A stretch of DNA of 64,000 nucleotides from an uncultured Gammaproteobacteria bacterium (GTDB taxonomy: Bacteria; Pseudomonadota; Gammaproteobacteria; Steroidobacterales; XN24), in NCBI GenBank assembly GCA_937924335.1, contig CALDWW010000066.1, positions 1,317-65,316 of the forward strand, given 5' to 3'. Within the stretch, counting starts at the first letter, position 1. Every line of letters begins with the position of its first letter. Below are positions 57,855 through 64,000 of this stretch, in pieces. The position numbers and the translations under genes are program-made. The notes beneath the pieces were generated by a model. That model was not told where the DNA came from. It saw only the letters and a program-made list of their open reading frames with translations, and ran no database searches.

Positions 57855-58919
57855 ATGTCCAGGCTGCGCACCGCTCTGGTCTTTATGCTTCAGTCGGCGA
57901 CCGTCGGGCTCGCCGCGGCGTTCGTCGTGGTCTATCTGTTTCCGAGCCTTCTTCCCGGCCGCGGACAAGCCCCGCCCATACCGGGGACATCGTATGCCAA
58001 CGCCGTGTCGGCAGCCGCGCCCGCGGTCGTCAACCTGGTCGGCAGCATTCGCAGGGCCGAGTCAGGGAAGCCCGCCGAACTCGCGGCGGTAGAAAGCCTC
58101 GGCTCCGGCGTGATCATGGCGCCAGAGGGTTACGTGATCACCAACGAACACGTCATCGCAGGCGTGACAGTCATAGATGTCTACCTGACTGACGGTCGCG
58201 TCGCCGCGGCCGAAATCGTGGGCACTGATCCGGACACGGATCTCGCCCTGCTCAGGATAGAGCTCGATGCGCTTCCGCGAATCCCGGTCGGACGGTCCGA
58301 TACTCTGCGCGTCGGGGACGTCGTACTGGCAATCGGCAATCCCTTCAGTATCGGGCAGACCGTCACCCAGGGAATAGTGAGTGGCACCCGGCGAGGCCAG
58401 CTGGGACTGTCGCCCTTCGAAAATTTCATTCAGACGGATGCCGCGATCAATCTAGGCAATTCGGGTGGGGCACTGGTCAATGCGGGGGGACAGCTGGTCG
58501 GCATCAATACGGCGTTCTTCTCGCGTCGGCTGGATTCGGAAGGAATCGGTTTCGCCATCCCGGTGAACCTGGTCCGCGGCGTGATGGATGACCTGATTGC
58601 GCATGGCAGGGTCATCCGCGGCTGGCTCGGCGTGGGGACCGAGACACTGACCCCGGATCAGGCGAACTCTCTCGGGCTGGAGGATGGCTTCGGCATTATC
58701 CTGACGAGCGTTCAACAAGGCAGCCCTGCGGAGCTGGCGGGACTGCGGCCCGCGGATGTCATCACCTACATCAATGACAAGCCGGTCGTGGTCTGGCAGG
58801 ACGCCCTGCGGCACATCGCCCGGATGAAGCCGGGGTCCGAGGTGCGCCTGCAGGGTAGCCGCCTCGGGGAAGGGTTCACAGCGGTGGCAACGGTCGCCGA
58901 ACGCCCATCCTACGATCCG

Positions 58920-58925
<6 letters not shown>
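57855..58925 (+). CDS. S1C serine endoprotease, DegS/AlgW type (single PDZ)
   Basis: N-terminal TM anchor, the catalytic triad contexts TNEHV, DLALL and GNSGGAL, and one C-terminal PDZ domain. Confidence 0.88.
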
Positions 58926-60211
<1,286 letters not shown>

Positions 60212-60463
60212 TCATTCGGCGGCGCTATCCCGCTCTGCCGCCGTCAACGCGCGAATCGACAGAGCGTGAATCTCCCGGCCTACCCGCTCGCCCAGCGTGC
60301 CATAGACAAGCTGATGCCTCTGCAGGGGACGGAGGCCGGCGAATTGTTCTGATACAACGAGCGCCGAGAAGTGACTCCCGTCATCGGAGCGGACCTCGAC
60401 CTCGATCGTGTCCATACCCTCTTGGATCAGCTTGGCTACTTCCTGGGGATGCATGTGCCTCAT
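60212..60463 (-). CDS. ibaG: BolA-family protein IbaG
   Basis: VEVRSDDGSHFSALVVSEQFAGLRPLQRHQLVY...IHALSI, located directly upstream of murA as in E. coli. The start is the ATG at 60463 or 60454; the upstream part of the 121-aa ORF is not credible. Confidence 0.85.
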   Translation of the reverse strand: MRHMHPQEVAKLIQEGMDTIEVEVRSDDGSHFSALVVSEQFAGLRPLQRHQLVYGTLGERVGREIHALSIRALTAAERDSAAE

Positions 60464-60612
60464 CCTGAACGGCCTCGCCCGGTAGCGGCGTGGCCAGTGC
60501 GGTCGGGAGTGCCGGATTCTATAGGAACCACCTGCCGGCGTGAATGGCGGGGCCAGGAGGCGATGATTGTCCCGCAACCGGAACGTGTATGATTACGCGT
60601 CTTGCGTGCCCT

Positions 60613-61614
60613 ATGCTTGCAGACACGCCGGGACTCTTCTGGTTTCTTGCGATGCTTCTATATTCCGCTGCCACGGTTGCTGGTTTCGCCCTCCTTATCT
60701 GGGGAGCGGATCGCTTTGTCGTGGGAGCGGCCGGCAGCGCCCGGAACCTGGGGGTCCCGACGCTGCTGATCGGGCTGACCGTAGTGGCCATCGCCACCTC
60801 GGCCCCGGAGATACTCGTATCTATCACCGCCGCGCTGGATAACAACCCCACCCTCGCCGTGGGTAACGCTATCGGCTCGAATATCGCCAACATTGCGCTG
60901 GTGCTGGGCGCGACCGCGACGGTTCGTCCATTGCTGGTGAGATCGACGATCCTGCGCCGGGAGATGCCCGCTCTGTTGGCCGTAACCCTGCTGACCGTGA
61001 TGCTCTTCCTGGACTCTCATCTGGGCGTCATCGACGGCGTGTTGTTGCTGGTCGGCCTGATGATGGTCATGCACTGGCTTGTGCGCCTGGGAAGTCAGGC
61101 GGATCAGTTCGACCCGATCAGGGAAGAGATCGCGGCGGAAATCCCCACCGAGATCCCGATGTCCTCGGCCATTGGCTGGCTCATCCTGGGCCTGGCGCTA
61201 CTCCTGACTGGTGCCCGGACTCTCGTCTGGGGCGCCCACCACATCGCCCTTGACCTGGGCGTGAGCGACCTGATTGTCGGGCTGACGATCGTGGCCGTCG
61301 GCACGAGCCTGCCGGAACTGGCGGTATCGGTAGTCAGCGCCTTGAAAGGGGAGCACGATATTGCGCTGGGCAACATCATCGGTTCCAACATGTTCAATTG
61401 CCTGGCGGTGATAGGGCCCGCAGCACTGATTTCACCGACCGGATTTGGTGAAGACATTCTTCGACTGCACTTGCCCGTCATGATCGCCCTCACGCTGGTG
61501 TTGTTTGCGATGACCTACAATTTCACGGGCAAGGGCAGGATCACCAGACTCGAGGGGCTCGCGCTGCTAAGTGTCTTCTTCTGGTATGAGGGTTACGTGA
61601 TAGGCGGTCTTTAG
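60613..61614 (+). CDS. yrbG: Ca2+/Na+ antiporter family protein (YrbG/CaCA)
   Basis: Two alpha-repeat motifs (GLTVVAIATSAPE and GLTIVAVGTSLPE; GNAIGSNIANI and GNIIGSNMFN). The start is ambiguous: ATG 60589, 60613 or 60652. Confidence 0.85.
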   Translation: MLADTPGLFWFLAMLLYSAATVAGFALLIWGADRFVVGAAGSARNLGVPTLLIGLTVVAIATSAPEILVSITAALDNNPTLAVGNAIGSNIANIALVLGATATVRPLLVRSTILRREMPALLAVTLLTVMLFLDSHLGVIDGVLLLVGLMMVMHWLVRLGSQADQFDPIREEIAAEIPTEIPMSSAIGWLILGLALLLTGARTLVWGAHHIALDLGVSDLIVGLTIVAVGTSLPELAVSVVSALKGEHDIALGNIIGSNMFNCLAVIGPAALISPTGFGEDILRLHLPVMIALTLVLFAMTYNFTGKGRITRLEGLALLSVFFWYEGYVIGGL

Positions 61615-61633
61615 ATCAAGCGCCGGAATAACC

Positions 61634-62614
61634 ATGAACAAGCTCGACCCTGACATAGTCATTGAACGTGCAAAGGACGTTCTCGATATAGAAGCGGACG
61701 CCGTCAAGGGATTACTGCGCTCCCTGGGCGACGATTTCGTCAAGGCATGCGAGATCTGTCTCTCCTGCCGCGGACGCATCGTCGTCACGGGCATGGGCAA
61801 ATCCGGGCACATCGCCGGCAAGATCGCGGCAACCCTTGCCAGCACCGGGAGCCCTGCATTCTTTGTCCACCCGGGGGAGGCCAGCCATGGCGATCTGGGC
61901 ATGATCACACCGGAGGATGTCGTGCTGGCCGTGTCGAACTCGGGAGACACCCCGGAAATCGTGCTGATCCTGCCGCTGATCAAGCGCCTCAGCGTGCCCC
62001 TGATTACGATGACCGGCCGACCCGACTCCACGCTCGCGCAAGCCGCCGCGGTCAACCTGGATACGGGCGTAGACAAAGAGGCCTGCCCTTTGAACCTGGC
62101 GCCGACGGCAAGCACGACCGCGACGCTGGCCATGGGTGACGCACTGGCGGTCTCCCTATTGGAATGTCGCGGATTCACCGAGGAGGATTTCGCGCGCTCG
62201 CATCCCGGCGGATCGCTGGGCCGCAAGCTGCTGCTGCACGTGGCAGACGTGATGCGCACGGGCGATCGCATCCCCAGCGTCCGGCCGGGGACACCGGTTA
62301 TCGAAGGCCTGTTTGAAATGACGCGCACCGGTTTTGGCATGACCGCCATCGTCGATGACGATGGCGTCGTCATCGGGGTATTCACCGACGGCGATCTGCG
62401 CCGGGCCATCGACGGCGACACGGACCTCCAGAGCACGCCCATCGGGACGGTGATGACCACCGAATGCAAGACCGTCAGGGAAGACACGCTGGCGGCGGAG
62501 GCCGTCCGTCTCATGGAAGACTATTCGATCACCGCCCTGCTGGTCGCCAACAAGGCCAATCGCCTGGTCGGCGCTTTCAACATCCATGACCTTATGCACG
62601 CCGGGGTGGTCTGA
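61634..62614 (+). CDS. kdsD: arabinose-5-phosphate isomerase
   Basis: SIS domain (VVTGMGKSGHIAGKIAATLASTG) plus a tandem CBS pair; kdsD-kdsC-lptC-lptA synteny. Confidence 0.95.
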   Translation: MNKLDPDIVIERAKDVLDIEADAVKGLLRSLGDDFVKACEICLSCRGRIVVTGMGKSGHIAGKIAATLASTGSPAFFVHPGEASHGDLGMITPEDVVLAVSNSGDTPEIVLILPLIKRLSVPLITMTGRPDSTLAQAAAVNLDTGVDKEACPLNLAPTASTTATLAMGDALAVSLLECRGFTEEDFARSHPGGSLGRKLLLHVADVMRTGDRIPSVRPGTPVIEGLFEMTRTGFGMTAIVDDDGVVIGVFTDGDLRRAIDGDTDLQSTPIGTVMTTECKTVREDTLAAEAVRLMEDYSITALLVANKANRLVGAFNIHDLMHAGVV

Positions 62615-63126
62615 TGCCACAACTGGATGAGCTGGCCCGGCAGATACGCCTGGTGATCTTTGACGTGGATGGCGTGTTCACCGACGGGCGCCTCTTCTAT
62701 ACAGCCGACGGGGAAGAGATGAAAGTCTTCCACGTCCGCGATGGCGTCGGTGTAAAGGCGCTCGGGCAGGTGGGCGTCCAGGCCGCCGTGATATCGGGGC
62801 GCGCCTCGGACGCCGTCGCCCTGCGCATGTCGGAACTCGGCATCTCTCGAATCTATCAGGGCAATCACGACAAACTTCCATTGTTTGCAGAACTGATAGA
62901 ACAACTTGGCGTCAGCAGTGAACAGACCGCTTTCATGGGAGACGACCTGCCGGACATCCCAGTGCTGCGCGCGGTCGGCCTTGCCGCCTGCCCCGCGGAT
63001 GCGGACGCTGAGGTTCGCAGCATCTGTCAATGGGTCGGCAATCGGGACGGTGGACGCGGGGCGGTCAGGGAATTCTGCGACTTCCTGCTTGAGCACATCC
63101 CTCCGCCAGCAGGTACTGACGTTTGA
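62614..63126 (+). CDS. kdsC: KDO-8-phosphate phosphatase
   Basis: HAD motifs VIFDVDGVFTDG and FMGDDLPD. Confidence 0.93.
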   Translation: MPQLDELARQIRLVIFDVDGVFTDGRLFYTADGEEMKVFHVRDGVGVKALGQVGVQAAVISGRASDAVALRMSELGISRIYQGNHDKLPLFAELIEQLGVSSEQTAFMGDDLPDIPVLRAVGLAACPADADAEVRSICQWVGNRDGGRGAVREFCDFLLEHIPPPAGTDV

Positions 63127-63683
63127 CGGCCCGGACATTCCTGACGGTGGCAATTCTCGGCGCCGCGGCGCTTGGCGCCTGGAGCTGGCAGCAGACGCTT
63201 CAGGTGGAGAAGGATCGCGACGAGGCTGCCAGCGCCGATGTAGCCGGTTTCTATATGCGTGCCGCGAGTTTTGTCGCCCCCGGACCCGATGGCCAGCCGC
63301 TCTACAGACTGATCGCCAGCGAGATGACGCACGTGGTGGACTCGGAACTGATCGAGATGCTCGATGTCCGGGTGGAGTACAGTCAAGAGACTGGGGCTCC
63401 GTGGGTGGTGACCGCGCCTCGCGGCAAGGTCAGGCTCGACTGGGAAACCTTGCGGCTCGATGGGGGTGTCACGGTTATGGTGCATGCACAAGACAGAGAG
63501 CAGCCGATCGTGCTCGTCACTCCCGACGTATTGCTGGAGGCTGTCGCCCAGCGCGCCAGTACCGCCAGCGAGGTGCGATTCACCAGCGGTACAGACTTTC
63601 TCAATGCTGTGGGCATGAGCGTCGATTTGAAGGATGGCTTTGTGAGACTAGAATCCGGGGTTAATGGGCGTTTCACTCCGTAA
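63123..63683 (+). CDS. lptC: LPS export protein LptC
   Basis: A single N-terminal TM segment followed by a beta-jellyroll-like periplasmic domain, positioned between kdsC and lptA. TTG start in a TTGA overlap with the kdsC stop. Confidence 0.85.
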   Translation: MTARTFLTVAILGAAALGAWSWQQTLQVEKDRDEAASADVAGFYMRAASFVAPGPDGQPLYRLIASEMTHVVDSELIEMLDVRVEYSQETGAPWVVTAPRGKVRLDWETLRLDGGVTVMVHAQDREQPIVLVTPDVLLEAVAQRASTASEVRFTSGTDFLNAVGMSVDLKDGFVRLESGVNGRFTP

Positions 63684-64000
63684 TCTGGCGGCGGCAATAC
63701 TTGCCATGTCCGTCCTCGCGGCCCCTGAGGTCCGGGGCATCCTGCCCGACTCGCAGGAGCCTATCTCGCTCGATGCCGATTCCTCCGAGTTCGACCGCGA
63801 AAGCAATACGCTGATTTTCCGCAATGTGCACATCACGCAAGGCGTGCTTTCGATCGCCGCGGCCACTGCGTCGGCTGACGGCCTGGACTTCGCGGACAGT
63901 TCCTGGCAGTTCGACGGCAACGTTCGGATCGACGACGAGTACTCGCGTATCCGGGCGACCAGGGCGGTCCTGCGCTTTCGCAACCATCGCATGGTGCACG
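63664..64000 (+). CDS. lptA: LPS export periplasmic protein LptA (5' part; runs off the window end)
   Basis: My translation from the ATG at 63664 reads MGVSLRNLAAAILAMSVLAAPEVRG...PISLDADSSEFDRESNTLIFRNVHITQG...: a signal peptide plus the OstA-like N-terminal pattern. It is not in the ORF track because it has no stop inside the window. Confidence 0.85.
   Translation, partial: MGVSLRNLAAAILAMSVLAAPEVRGILPDSQEPISLDADSSEFDRESNTLIFRNVHITQGVLSIAAATASADGLDFADSSWQFDGNVRIDDEYSRIRATRAVLRFRNHRMVH

Noticed and set aside
57091-58092. 333-aa plus-strand ORF.
   Set aside because: It is antisense to petA and then crosses the intergenic region into the protease gene in a different frame, with no coherent domain.
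61567-62620. 315-aa and 154-aa minus-strand ORFs.
   Set aside because: They lie antisense to kdsD.

Overview
This is a high-GC (about 60-65%) gammaproteobacterial chromosome segment made up almost entirely of conserved housekeeping genes. Gene order resembles the Pseudomonas/Xanthomonas-type '2-minute' region. Left to right: clpB-pgeF-rluD / bamD; nadE-sucDC; a collinear type IV pilus block pilS-pilR-pilA-pilB-pilC-pilD followed by coaE-zapD-yacG; a mutT/thiE-like fusion; secA; an M23 peptidase; a DUF721 gene; lpxC. Next comes the complete dcw cluster on the minus strand (mraZ-rsmH-ftsL-ftsI-murE-murF-mraY-murD-ftsW-murG-murC-murB-ddl-ftsQ-ftsA-ftsZ), then RNase P RNA, rsmI / lpoA-yraN-diaA, an FAD-linked oxidase, sspAB, cytochrome bc1 (petABC), a degS/algW-like protease, murA-ibaG, and yrbG-kdsD-kdsC-lptC-lptA. 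I found no CRISPR array, tRNA/rRNA gene, IS element, prophage or recognisable defence system. The only non-core stretch is nt 1-5000. It holds a translationally coupled three-gene module and a neighbouring orphan secreted acidic protein. The module encodes a GT2 polyprenyl-phosphate sugar synthase-like enzyme, a SAM methyltransferase, and a large polytopic GT-C protein. The GT-C protein's loop motifs look STT3/AglB-like to me, but with a degenerate WWDYG motif (YNDSG). This is the best candidate for something under-described, but the assignment rests on motifs recalled from memory, not on a search. Many long ORFs in the supplied track are antisense or alternate-frame artefacts of high GC content.
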